From Spirilliplanes yamanashiensis (GTDB lineage Bacteria > Actinomycetota > Actinomycetes > Mycobacteriales > Micromonosporaceae), in the NCBI RefSeq assembly GCF_016863475.1, contig NZ_BOOY01000009.1, positions 1-64,000 on the forward strand: DNA of 64,000 nt, in the 5' to 3' direction. Within the stretch, counting starts at the first letter, position 1, and each line of letters begins with the position of its first letter. This document shows positions 18,601-26,961 of the stretch, in pieces. The notes under the pieces were generated by a model, which saw nothing but the letters and a program-made list of their open reading frames with translations, ran no database searches and was not told the origin of the DNA. Made by a program: the position numbers and the translations under genes.

Positions 18601-21600
18601 GGTTGCCCTGGGCGTCGTAGGCGTACGACGTCAGGTACGTGTTGTCCGTGGCGGAAGCGGAGCGGCCGTCGCGCGACGTCAGCATCAGGTCGTTGCGGGC
18701 GTCGGGCGCCAGCGTGGTGCTCGTCGCGTCCGGGTAGTACGTGAAGTACACCGAGGAGCACTTGTTCGCGGCCTGGTTCTGGCAGGTGATGGTCTGCTTG
18801 GTGTTGCCGCGCACGTCCTGCAGGTTCTGCGTCCACACACCGTTCGGGTCGTAGATGAGGCTGCCGAAGCCGCCGACGTCGTAGCCGAACCTCGTCTCGT
18901 TGCCGAGGGCGTCGCCCTGTGCCACGAGGCGGTTTCCGTTGACCAGGTCGTAGCTGGAGACGAGCTGCTCGCCGGAGGGGCCGGTCACCGTCACCCGGGA
19001 GACGGGCATCGGCACGGCCTTGGCGACGCCGGCAACCATGGTGACGGCGACCGGGGCGGTCTGCTTCGCCGCCGCCCAGTGCGCACTCACCTGGTCGACG
19101 CTCAGCGTCGACGGCACGTAGGCGACCTCGGCGATGGAGCCGGGGAAGTAGCCGGCGGCGGGCGTCGTCGTGCTGCCCGTCCACCCGGCCGACCACTTGC
19201 CGGCCCCGACGTAGGCGTGCACGGCAGCGGTCGGCTTCAGATCGCCGTCGAGCTTGCCGACCAGCTGGCCGTCGAGATACAGCGACTGGGTGGCCGGAGC
19301 GGCGGACAGCACCACGTGGTGCCACTTGCCGTCGTTCACGGCGTTCTTGCTGACGATGGACTGGACCTTGCCGGTCCAGAGCCCGCCCCGAAGCTTGCCG
19401 TCCGTGCCGACGTAGATGGCGGGCACCCAGGCGCCCTCGTTGCTGGCGACCTCGCTCATCTCGACGGTCTGATAGCCGTAGAGGATGCCGCCCGCGGTGC
19501 TCCTGTTCGCCATCTTGAACCACATGGAGATGGACGCCGGGTCGGTGCTCGGCACGTCGGCCTCAGGCATCTCCAGGTACGACGAGGTGCCGTTGAAGCT
19601 CGCCGCAGTGGCGTCCTCGAAGGGCCCGGGCACGCCCAGCGTGACCTGGTTGAAGCCGGCGTCGCCGCCCGCGACCTCGTTGACCGGGTCCCCGACGTCG
19701 CTCTCGGCCAGCCGGAAGTAGTCGGCCGGGCGGGCGCCGAGCACCGAGGCGGCGTACACGTCGCTGCTGCCGACCACCGTCGGCGCCGCCAGCTTCCAGG
19801 TGCCGCCGTTCTCGTCGGTGACCTGTGCGACGTTGCCGGTGACGCGGTCGTAGGCGACTGCGGCGGTCACGCCGCCGGAGGGCCGGACGACCCGGTCCAG
19901 CACAGGCTGCTTCGTCACGCCGGCGTTGCGCAGCTGCGCGACGGTGCCACCGGTCAGCGCCTGGTTGAACACCGCCACGTCGGAGATGGCGCCGTTGAAG
20001 TAGGTGGCCGGAGCGGGCGCCTTGCCGGAGTTCGCGTGGTCAGGCCAGCTGCCACCTACGAAACCGGCGCCGACCACGACGTTGTTGCTGCTGGCCGCGG
20101 ACCACGTGACGATCGTGCCGGCAAGCGTGGCCCGGGCGACACCGTCGACGTACAGGGTCTGCGAGTCACCCGCACCGGCGAGCGCGACGTGGTGCCACTT
20201 GCCGTCGGTGACCTTGATACCCGAGTTCATCGTCTTGGCGGCGCTGCCCATCCAGAACTGGCCGCGGAGATTGCCGTTCTTGTCGACGTACAGCGCCGGG
20301 GTGTAGTCGCTGGTTGCGCTGCCCTTGGTGACGGGTGTGCCGTTGTAGCTGAACAGCACGCCGTTCGGCGTCGACGTCCGGAACCACATGCTGACCGTCT
20401 GGTACTGCCCGTTGGCGATGAGCTTTCCGGGCAGCTGGACGTGCGAGCTCGTGCCGTTGAAGCCGGCGGTCGTCGCCTCCGATCCGGCGAGGCCGGCAGG
20501 CTGGCCGAGCGCGACGTCGGCGTACCGCGCGTTGTCCGTCCCGGCGTTGCTCAGCACGGCACTGGCGGCGGTCTGGCCGGCGGTCTCCCGCAGCGGCCAG
20601 TACGACGTCGGGCCGGCGTTGAGCACCGTGTTGGCGTACTGGGAAGTGTCGGCGTGACCGTACTTCCAGCACTGGTCGGCGCCGTCGGGCTGGCAGACCC
20701 GCTCCAGCCGGTCGTCGGCGCCGTAGGTGTACGTCCACGTGCCGGCGCTCTCCGGCCGCGCCGGGTCGGCACGATCGGTGATCACCTGGGTGACGTGCGG
20801 CTGTGTGGAGCCGGTCGGCGTGGCCCAGCGCAACGTGAGGCTGCGGCCGGACGCCGCGGTCAGCTTCTCGGGGTTGCCCGCCGCGTCGTGCGTGACGGTC
20901 AGCCTGCGACCGTTCGCATCGGTGATGGAGGTCAACCGGTAGACGCCGGCACCTGCGGCGCGGCCGAACGCGTAGACGCTCGCGTCCTTGTCGGTCAGCG
21001 TGTAACCGGTAAGCGTCGTGCCGCTCTTGGTCTCGGTGAAGGTGGCGAAACGGCCCTGCGGCGGCGTGAAGGAGCCGTCGGGCCTGCGACCGAACGCCAG
21101 GTCCTGCCCCGTCGGGTACGTCACCGCGACGGTCTGCACAGTCCCGGCGGCGTCCTTCACCTGGGTGGCGCGCATGTCGAGCACGCTCGCCCACCCCGTG
21201 CCGAACGCGTTGGTGCGGCGCGTGTCGAGGCTGTTGTAGCTGCGGGTCAACGCCAGCGACGGGCCGACGGTCGGCACGCTGGCGTCGGTCGCGGACGTCG
21301 TGTAGTTGCCGGTGCTCGGGTCGTACCCCTTGCCGGGGTTCTGCGCGAGGCCCGAGGTGATGAGCGGCTGCGGCACCGACGTCGTGAACGACCACGGCAG
21401 CGTGATGCCGCTCTTGGTGACGGTGTCGTCGACCTGAGCGCTCCACAGGTACGTGCCGTTCCAGGCGAGCTTGCCGGCCGGCACGGTCCAGGCGGCGGAC
21501 GAGATGGACCCGGAGTCCGCCACCGCGACCTTGGGACTCTTGATGTCGTACACCGTGAACTGGTACTTCAAGCCCTTGTTGGGCCAGGCGTCGCCGTCCT

Positions 21601-23377
21601 TGGCACGGACGATCAGCTCGGGGGTGAGCGTCGGCATGACCGCGTTGGCGGCCGGGTAGCGGGCATCGATCTGCGGCTTGACGTTCTCCGCGTACGTGAG
21701 CTCCAGAACCGGCGAAAAGCTGCCGCCGGAGACGTTCGCCGAGGTGAACCGCTTGAACGCCGGCTCGTCGCCCGCACCCTCGCCGGCCACCAGGGCGAGA
21801 CCGTTGTTGGCGGCGCCCTTCGACCAGTCGTTGAAGGTGGTGACGTTCAACGGCACGGTCACCCACTGGCCGATCGTCGGGTCGCCGCCCGTGTTGCCGC
21901 ACGTCGCCGACGTCGGCGTCGGATTGAGGGAACCGACGGTGGCGGAGGTCAGCGCGGGTCCCGGCCAGGCGCCGTCGGTCTGGCCCGCGACCGTCCACTT
22001 CTCGCTGATCCGGCGGACGGTGAACGGCTGGGTGCTGTTGCACCGGTACGCCCAAGTCATGTGCAGCTTGAGCTTGGCCGCGGTGATCCGCATGCCCTTG
22101 AAGCCCTGGTCGTCGAACTTGTCGAAGTGGATGAAGGACCGGTACTTGTGGGTGCCGCCGTCCCAGGTGCCGACCGGCAGGTCGTTGCCGTTGCCGTTGG
22201 CGGCCGGCTGGTTGTCCACCATCACGTCGCCCGTGGCCACCGTGCTGGCGGTCGGGTCGACCCGCACCGGGAAGACGCGGGCCGGGTCGCGCAGCCACGC
22301 CTGGCTCGCGTCGACCCGCAGCGCCCAGCCGCCATCGCGCTCGAGCAGTGCGTAGGTGATGTCGCCGGAGTCGGCCGGCGCACCCGACCGGGGGTCGACC
22401 TTCGAGTCGTACATGTAGCCGGCCGGGAACCATGCCACGGTCTCGCCGGCGGCGTTGCGCAGCTCGACGTCGTTGTGCTCGCCCAGGTGCGGCGTCAGCC
22501 CCTTGAGGCGCAGGGGGAACACCCAGGACGACGGCGCGTCCGGGGAGTGCAGGACCAGCGTCTCCTTGACGCCGGCGTCGAAGGTCTCCAGCTCGAGGTC
22601 CGTCGCGGGCAGGACGGCCGGGTACGTGGACCTGATCCCGTCCACCACGCCCGTGGCCGGTGCCGCGCCCTCCAGCCAGTAGCCGAAGGACTCGCCGGTC
22701 GGCAGCGTGACGGTGGCCAATTCCTCGGTGCGGCGGACGTCCTCCGCCTGAGCGGCCGGTGCCGCGGCAGCGCGCACGGCCGAGGCCGTCGGGCGGCCGA
22801 TCCGGCTCGTGACGGAGACCCCGATGCTGTTGGCCGCCATGTGCAGGCGCCCGTCGGCGCGCTTGACGAGGTCGAGGTCGATCGGCTGGAAGGTGCCGTC
22901 GGCGGCCTCGTAGTTCACGGGGCGGCCGTAGCGGCGCGTCGTCCGGGATCCGTCGGCGTTCTGGAAGACGTCGGTCGACGCCGTCGAGCGGTTCGCGAGC
23001 CGCTTGCTGGTCCTCGCGTCGAAGGTGCCCTCGCCGTCGGCGACGGTCTTCGCCGCCGACGGGTCGTGCGGAACGTACGGGTCGAGCGTGCCCGGGGCCT
23101 GGACCGGCTTACGGCCCGTGCCACCACCTGCGCGGGTGTCGGCGGCGGAGGCCGGGCGGCCGTCGAGCGCGCCGGGTCCGCGTTCCTGCTGTGGCAGTCC
23201 CGTCACCGAGGCGAGCGCCGACGACTGGCCGAGCCACGACCACATCCAGGAGATCGGGAAGTCGCCTTCCGGCACCGCGCCCGGCGGTACGGCCACATTC
23301 AGCCCGAGCACCGCCGCAACGACGACACCGACCCGTTTCCAGGCACGCAGCATCCCCGTCTCCTCCCCCGTGATCAC
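12638..23377 (-). CDS. RHS/YD-repeat polymorphic toxin (3579 aa): signal peptide, 3 LamG-like domains, YD repeats, RHS core, Lys/Ala-rich helical region, glycine-zipper hydrophobic segment, Hint domain, C-terminal toxin domain of unassigned family
   Basis: Many YD motifs are present (TYTYDAMGR, YRYDAYGR, YDAAGRLL and others). The RHS core end motif is YGDANPLKNTDPTGHW. The Hint motifs are CLTAPAKG...TEVLMADGS...HNHPFW...VLVHN. The last ~130 aa are unique and low-GC. Confidence 0.9.
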   Translation of the reverse strand: MITGEETGMLRAWKRVGVVVAAVLGLNVAVPPGAVPEGDFPISWMWSWLGQSSALASVTGLPQQERGPGALDGRPASAADTRAGGGTGRKPVQAPGTLDPYVPHDPSAAKTVADGEGTFDARTSKRLANRSTASTDVFQNADGSRTTRRYGRPVNYEAADGTFQPIDLDLVKRADGRLHMAANSIGVSVTSRIGRPTASAVRAAAAPAAQAEDVRRTEELATVTLPTGESFGYWLEGAAPATGVVDGIRSTYPAVLPATDLELETFDAGVKETLVLHSPDAPSSWVFPLRLKGLTPHLGEHNDVELRNAAGETVAWFPAGYMYDSKVDPRSGAPADSGDITYALLERDGGWALRVDASQAWLRDPARVFPVRVDPTASTVATGDVMVDNQPAANGNGNDLPVGTWDGGTHKYRSFIHFDKFDDQGFKGMRITAAKLKLHMTWAYRCNSTQPFTVRRISEKWTVAGQTDGAWPGPALTSATVGSLNPTPTSATCGNTGGDPTIGQWVTVPLNVTTFNDWSKGAANNGLALVAGEGAGDEPAFKRFTSANVSGGSFSPVLELTYAENVKPQIDARYPAANAVMPTLTPELIVRAKDGDAWPNKGLKYQFTVYDIKSPKVAVADSGSISSAAWTVPAGKLAWNGTYLWSAQVDDTVTKSGITLPWSFTTSVPQPLITSGLAQNPGKGYDPSTGNYTTSATDASVPTVGPSLALTRSYNSLDTRRTNAFGTGWASVLDMRATQVKDAAGTVQTVAVTYPTGQDLAFGRRPDGSFTPPQGRFATFTETKSGTTLTGYTLTDKDASVYAFGRAAGAGVYRLTSITDANGRRLTVTHDAAGNPEKLTAASGRSLTLRWATPTGSTQPHVTQVITDRADPARPESAGTWTYTYGADDRLERVCQPDGADQCWKYGHADTSQYANTVLNAGPTSYWPLRETAGQTAASAVLSNAGTDNARYADVALGQPAGLAGSEATTAGFNGTSSHVQLPGKLIANGQYQTVSMWFRTSTPNGVLFSYNGTPVTKGSATSDYTPALYVDKNGNLRGQFWMGSAAKTMNSGIKVTDGKWHHVALAGAGDSQTLYVDGVARATLAGTIVTWSAASSNNVVVGAGFVGGSWPDHANSGKAPAPATYFNGAISDVAVFNQALTGGTVAQLRNAGVTKQPVLDRVVRPSGGVTAAVAYDRVTGNVAQVTDENGGTWKLAAPTVVGSSDVYAASVLGARPADYFRLAESDVGDPVNEVAGGDAGFNQVTLGVPGPFEDATAASFNGTSSYLEMPEADVPSTDPASISMWFKMANRSTAGGILYGYQTVEMSEVASNEGAWVPAIYVGTDGKLRGGLWTGKVQSIVSKNAVNDGKWHHVVLSAAPATQSLYLDGQLVGKLDGDLKPTAAVHAYVGAGKWSAGWTGSTTTPAAGYFPGSIAEVAYVPSTLSVDQVSAHWAAAKQTAPVAVTMVAGVAKAVPMPVSRVTVTGPSGEQLVSSYDLVNGNRLVAQGDALGNETRFGYDVGGFGSLIYDPNGVWTQNLQDVRGNTKQTITCQNQAANKCSSVYFTYYPDATSTTLAPDARNDLMLTSRDGRSASATDNTYLTSYAYDAQGNRTAVTDPLGRVTATTYTTATTAAVGGGVTPAGLPTTVVTPGGAKQTVRYYATGDVAEVTDPAGKVTTFTYDGLGRRATQTEVTDTHPQGLVTTYTYDAMGRAKTVRDPGVTNRVTGAVHTKLTTNEYDRDGNTTAVIEQDLTGGDATRTQRHTFNEYGQETSDTSPGGRTTVYRYDAYGRIAEEESDDGGVVRNAYDAAGRLLTSTLLGWTGDPNDPQPAKDLVVVSRSYDPAGRLASETDAMGWTTSHTYTDDGLQAKTTRTDGEKTVVLAENFYDAAGNVTKAITNQGATATEYTYDAANRQTSSRTDPTGVDRLTELTYDADDNVVSTVHREGDGKGGAYFDVSSVLSSFSATGALLTETTHTGSRYDPVARWSLAEKAGNSAPDSVGSLTGALDTGASWSAERDGGLLLNGSGSVETPGPALNTTSSYTVAAWVKLTTKSGNRTVLSQDGERASAFYLQYKATSDRWSMTVPSADADSWSGQNTFSTSVPQLDTWTHLAAAYDATDRSMKLYVNGKLEGSTILNKPLPSHNAFVIGRGKYAGGATDRWAGAVRDVRVYQHAVTNIERNILNGGLDSGQVVRTIHKRDRNGRIVSTVDPNGNTTYFANDEAGRPVRTTAPAALSETATGGSVMANAVSWTGYNTFGETTDTKDENGNWSVTTFDADGRATSSKLPRYTAPGTSEAVVPEVVNNYDPSGRLESVRDPLGKTTRYTYDQLDRLAKVTAANGGETRYRYNLVGDVLQMTDPNGAVNAATWDFLGRQVTTTTAVRQTGKQLTTDYRYGYGGWLAETVSPGKVTTKTTYDATGRPLTETDGAGNITRFEYGGGYTSTYLPDGTEITENRDSAGRVTRVLTQGAEGEWHTAHTSYDPAGNVVESTDPNVNTTTFEYDATNMLVKQIQPISDSDHIETTFGYDLAGNRTRFTDGRRNAFWTTYNSLGLPESQIEPATAAHPDLADRTFTTAYDRAGRPAKQVLPGGVTLTSEYDEMGKLRKQVGAGAEAATENREFDYDTGGRMTKFSGVGGTNVLSYDDRGLPTSITGPSGNTTFSYTDDGEVAEREDAAGRTSFTYDSAGRVKTLANTTAGIRESYDYNKLSQVEKVTFGTGNTRNIAFDDFNRPIVDELKTGAGASIAKIEYEYDDNDNLLRKKTTGFAGSADNSYEYDYADRLVAWNDGTKITAYAYDKSGNRVQNGEKLFTYDERNRLKTANGTSYAYTPRGTLASAGGQTTRSDAFGQVVNQASQTYRYDALGRSIRDGFSYSGLGNDLAADGSATYVRDSAGDVVATRSAGATRNVWTDQHDDVVGQFTADSPTLIGSATYDPLGAVLQSTGLVGGLGYQSEWKDTATNRVNMHARWYNVDTGQFDTRDMASVSPVPDSVSANRYQYGDANPLKNTDPTGHWSFKGAWNKAKSAVSSVVSTAWTATKNYVQSTAFYRGAVSVYNYAARAVKAVGRTISKAVHSVSKAWSSAKNWVQKTANSARKWVAQKAKSIAAAVERTRIFQAHKKAFAKVARGIGKTVSVIQDGVAATKKFVQNNKNMLLEIAAIGGAILAGVACTAVTAGVGAIACMAGTAALINLAKDGLQGDINSLGDALGSLGTGALSGLAGGAGGLIAAKVGTAVAARVGTGWAGRLATEAAQNGVEDVVGQAVTTGRVDVKSSVLGMVPGLSLLNRKGGGSGGSGLQSAVGVAGVSVGGGHGCLTAPAKGAKHSFDPDTEVLMADGSTRPIKDVNVGDKVEAKDPETGKSGDRQVTAIHRNLDRELTDLKVRNNKGKTYVLKTTQNHPFWNATDRKWTDAKNLRRGTKLGVEGSGVVVAAVRNYHGKREMRDLTVADIHTYYVTAGDTPVLVHNNNRSRNSADCGPTVYRQLNYDDRTAFDKGEDLQPRGTTGSITDHILNRPTKHISASVTEGATERFASGQGMVAIDVNKAIAGGAKFIDHNNVMQAANRSGDSRVVRDARRAEEVLFVGSIPHDAITLIRNR

Positions 23378-23463
23378 ATGAGACGGAAGGGAGTCTGCTG
23401 TACGGCTATGACATCCGGCAATACGTCAGAGTGCCGTTAAATCGACGCCGGTCGCTCCGACTG

Positions 23464-24033
23464 TCAGCCCTTCAACGCTTCGGCCACCAGCGCTTCCACC
23501 GTTCGGCTGATGGCGGCCGGCTCCTGCTCCTCCACAACGGACACGTTGTCGCGGCGGGCGCCCGTGCCCACAAGGACGAACCGGACGTTCGTGTAGGTCG
23601 GCGCCGCCGCGACGACCGCCCCGTTCGCGGCGTCACCGACGCTGAGAATCAGGTCACATCGGCTGTTCACCAGCGTCGCCAGGTAGGTGGCCGCCTGCTC
23701 GCGCGTCTGCGGTCCGTCGACCTCCAGGTACTGCACCTTGCCGCGGGTCTCCAGCGACGCGGCCTGCATGCCGGCCCATACCGGCGCTGCCGCCGGATCG
23801 TTCACGCCACCACTGCCGGTGAGCAGACAGGCACTCACGTCGCGGTACACGCGCGCCCGCGGATCGGGCGAGCCCTCGGGCCAGACGAGCCAGGTGACCA
23901 CCGAGGCGACGAGCAGCGCGAGGGCCGAGCCGGCGATGACCGCTGTGCGCCGGCCGCCGGGCAGGCGCCATCGCGGCGCGCCGGCCCGACCGGCCCTGGC
24001 GCGCAGCTTCTGACCCACTCCTCCGCCGAGCAT
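23464..24033 (-). pseudogene. N-terminal half of a BMP-family (PnrA/Med-like) substrate-binding lipoprotein, apparently truncated (189 aa)
   Basis: SACLLTGSGGVNDPAAAPVWAGMQAAS...GKVQYLEV...CDLILSVGDAANGAVVAAAPTYTNVRFVLVGTG matches the conserved N-terminal BMP domain pattern. The ORF stops after ~190 aa, 87 bp before the RHS start. The track offers no continuation frame. Confidence 0.4.
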
Positions 24034-24097
24034 GGCGGAGAGAGTACAACGCGCCGCCCGGCCGGGCGGCCCCGTCAGTCGGCCCCGGGCACGACCG

Positions 24098-24838
24098 GCC
24101 TGCGGCCCATTGCGCGTAAGCGATCGGCCGGTCCGTGATGACCGCGTCCACCCACGGCTGGAGGCGGGACCAGTCGGCGGCCCCGTTCGGCGTCCACGCG
24201 TACAGCTTCAGGCCCGCCGCCCGCCACGTCGCCGCCCGGGCCGCCGTGATCGACCCGTGGGCCTTGACGAAGGACGTGCCGAGCGGGATGACCGCTTCGG
24301 GTGGCAGGTGGCCGGCGTTGTGGACCAGGGCCGTCACGGTGCCGGGGATCGCGGTGCGGGCCGCCAGCACTGTGGTGCGGTCGAAGGACATGAGGGTGAC
24401 GGCGGGGCGGCCGACGGTGGCGTCGATGTCGGCGGCGACCGCGGCCCACTGCGCCGGGGTGGGGGTGACCTTGAGTTCGGTGAGGACGTGGGTGCCGGGC
24501 GGCGCGGCCGCGTAGACGGCGCGCAGCGTCGGGACGACCTGGCCGTCGTCGGTGGGGACCGGGGTGGTGAAGCGGGTGATCGGGCCCGTGCGGGGGCTGA
24601 TCCGGTCGACGGTGGCGTCGTGCAGGACGACCGGGGTGCCGGTGGCGTCGAAGCGGACGTCGAGTTCCCACGTGGGGATCCCGGCGTCGGCGGCGGCGTG
24701 GAACGCGTCGAGGGTGTTCTCCAGGGCGTGTTCGGTGCCGCCGCGGTGGGCGGCCGGTGGGGGTGCGCAGGGTTGTGGGGCCGGCGCCGGCACTGCCGGG
24801 GGGACGAGCAGTGCCAGCGCCGTGACGAGGGGGAGCAT
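24098..24838 (-). CDS. Secreted glycerophosphodiester phosphodiesterase (GDPD family); C-terminal boundary unresolved
   Basis: A signal peptide MLPLVTALALLVPPAV is followed by HRGGTEHALENTLDAF...ELDVRFDATGTPVVLHDATVDRI...ITDRPIAYAQW. The in-frame ORF then runs on through Arg-rich junk to 23654. This suggests a frameshift or sequencing error near 24075-24100, and a stop exists at 24075-77 in the adjacent frame. Confidence 0.65.
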
Positions 24839-24840
24839 GG

Positions 24841-26961
24841 TCAGCTGGACAGGCGGACCTGGAGGACGGACAGGGTGGTGACCGCGCCGGCGGCCGGTTC
24901 GCCCGGGAAGGCCTCGCCGGGGGTGCCGACGACGGCGTCCGCCCTGCCGTCCTTGTTGAGGTCGCCGAGGGCGAGGGCCGCGGTGAAGCGGTCGCCGGCC
25001 TCCGGGGTGCCCCACAGGTCGTCCTGGCCGAACCAGGTGTACGGGGTGAGCGCGTGCGGCCGGGCCGTGGTGACGGCCCCGCCGTGGAAGACGGTCAGCG
25101 CGCCGAAGCCGTTGGCGTGGCCGGGCATGCCGGCGAGCAGGTCGGCGTAGCCGTCGGCGTTGACGTCGCCGGTGGCGAAGGCGCTGCCGAACTCGTCGCC
25201 GGCGTTGTTGCCGAGGTTCTCGAACTGGCGGGGCTCGGCCGTGAACGCCTTGCCGGTGGTGGTCTGGCCGCCGGGGAAGACGGTCATCGCGCCCGAGCGG
25301 GGCAGGTCGCCGGGGGCCTCGCCGGGGACGCCGGCGACGACGTCGCCCCAGCCGTCCTTGTTGAAGTCGCCCACCGCGACGGCCGCGCCGAAGCGGTCAC
25401 CGGCCTCGTTGACGCCGCCGTTTCCGCTCTGGTTCCTGCCGAAGCCGGCGCCCTTGCCGTCGGCGTCGCCGGGCATCACGAAGATGCAGCCGGCGGACGG
25501 GTCGGCGGCGGGGGCCTCGTTCGGGACGCCGATGACGAGGTCCGCGTAGACGCCGGCGCCGGACTTGTTGCCGACGACGTTGCCGGCGGCGAGGGCGGCG
25601 CCGAACCGGTCGCCGGCCTCGTCCCCGCCGCCCATCTCGGTCTGGTTGATCGTCCACCCGGCGGCGAGCGCGGTGCCCGTGCCCTTGAGGATCACGACCT
25701 CACCGCTGGCGAGACCCCCCAGACGGCGGCCGGGTGCGCCGACGGCCAGGTCGGCACGGCCGTCGCCGTTGAAGTCCCCGGCGGCGAGGGCGGCGCCGAA
25801 CTCGTCGTTGGCGCCGTCAGTGCGGCCGATGTCATTCTGGTCGATGCCGCGGGCCTTCTCCAGGCCGTTCGCGGAGCCGTGGAAGATCGCGATCGACCCG
25901 GCCTTCGTCGTGCCGACGACCTCGCCGGGGGTGCCGACGGCGAGGTCGGCGCGCTTGTCGTTGTTGAAGTCGCCGACGGCCAGGGCGGCCCCGAACCGGT
26001 CGCCCGCCTCGTCGGCCGCGTTGAACTCGGTCTGCGACAGCACGCGGCCCGTGGACGGGCCGTTCTTGCCGCCGTTGAAGACGGTCACCGTGCCGGACGC
26101 GGCCCCGGCGGCCGAGGGGGCGTTCGGGGCGCCGACGGCGATGTCGAGGTGGCCGTCGCCGTTGAAGTCGGCGGTGGCGACGGCGGAGCCGAAGCCGGCG
26201 CCCGCGGTGGGCGCCCGGCCGGCGTCGACCGGGGTGAGGGTGAGCTGGTCGTAGGCGTCGGCGCCGGGGGCGGCCCAGCGGAAGCCGGCGACCGGGGCGG
26301 CCTGCACGGCGCCGGTGGTGTCGGTCGAGCCCAGGCAGCCTTCGGTGGCGGCGGTGGTCGCTACGGCGACGATCTCGTAGCGGTCGTCGCCCGCGGACCG
26401 GACGATGGGCGCGCCGGCGTCGCCGCGGCACAGGCCGGAACCCTCGGTGGCGGGGGTGAGGTCGACGCCGCCGTCGCGGGCCGCGGTGACGTCGAGGCCG
26501 ACGGTGTGCGGGGCGTCCGGGATCCAGGTGGTCCTGGTGCGGCCGAGGCCGGCGGCGGTGAGCCGCTCGCCGGTGGCGGCGGCCCGGGTGGCGAGGCGCG
26601 CGGTGGGCGCGGTGACGGGAGACGCGAGCGCGACCAGGGCGAGGCCGGGCGCGGCGTTCTGCCGGACGTCGGCGACGCGGACGGTGCGGCCGCCGGCGAC
26701 GGCGGTGAGCGTGGCGGTGACGCCGGCGACGCACTGTTGCGCGGTCAGGACGACCCGCGGGCCGATGAGGGCGCCGGTGCAGTTGCGGGCGCCGTCGGCG
26801 CCGGGCGTGCCGGCCTGGAGGCGGACGGCGAACCCGAAGGCGTCGCCGCCGGCGGCACCGCCGGCGGCGTGGGCCGGGGCGCCGAGCAGGGCCGCGGCGG
26901 TGGCGGCGGCCGCGCAGGCGGCGGTGAGCCGCCCGCCGGATGTGGGCATGGTGGTACGCAT
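24841..26961 (-). CDS. Secreted trypsin-fold pseudoprotease domain fused to multiple FG-GAP (integrin-alpha-like) beta-propeller repeats
   Basis: Signal peptide present. CTGALIGPRVVLTAQQC replaces the ...TAAHC motif (H->Q). GDAGAPIV replaces GDSGGP (S->A). GLALVAL sits at the Asp102 position. At least six DFNGDG/DFNNDK...AVGAPG FG-GAP repeats follow. Confidence 0.8.
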   Translation of the reverse strand: MRTTMPTSGGRLTAACAAAATAAALLGAPAHAAGGAAGGDAFGFAVRLQAGTPGADGARNCTGALIGPRVVLTAQQCVAGVTATLTAVAGGRTVRVADVRQNAAPGLALVALASPVTAPTARLATRAAATGERLTAAGLGRTRTTWIPDAPHTVGLDVTAARDGGVDLTPATEGSGLCRGDAGAPIVRSAGDDRYEIVAVATTAATEGCLGSTDTTGAVQAAPVAGFRWAAPGADAYDQLTLTPVDAGRAPTAGAGFGSAVATADFNGDGHLDIAVGAPNAPSAAGAASGTVTVFNGGKNGPSTGRVLSQTEFNAADEAGDRFGAALAVGDFNNDKRADLAVGTPGEVVGTTKAGSIAIFHGSANGLEKARGIDQNDIGRTDGANDEFGAALAAGDFNGDGRADLAVGAPGRRLGGLASGEVVILKGTGTALAAGWTINQTEMGGGDEAGDRFGAALAAGNVVGNKSGAGVYADLVIGVPNEAPAADPSAGCIFVMPGDADGKGAGFGRNQSGNGGVNEAGDRFGAAVAVGDFNKDGWGDVVAGVPGEAPGDLPRSGAMTVFPGGQTTTGKAFTAEPRQFENLGNNAGDEFGSAFATGDVNADGYADLLAGMPGHANGFGALTVFHGGAVTTARPHALTPYTWFGQDDLWGTPEAGDRFTAALALGDLNKDGRADAVVGTPGEAFPGEPAAGAVTTLSVLQVRLSS

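Noticed and set aside
18146-23440. 1764-aa plus-strand ORF and 755-aa (20166..22433) minus-strand alternative-frame ORF inside the RHS gene
   Set aside because: Both lie within the RHS coding region in wrong frames and are Gly/Arg/Val junk. The RHS frame has YD repeats throughout.
23654-24097. C-terminal 145-codon extension of the GDPD ORF
   Set aside because: The Arg/Gly-rich run-on after the domain ends is most likely a frame artefact or sequencing error, not real protein.
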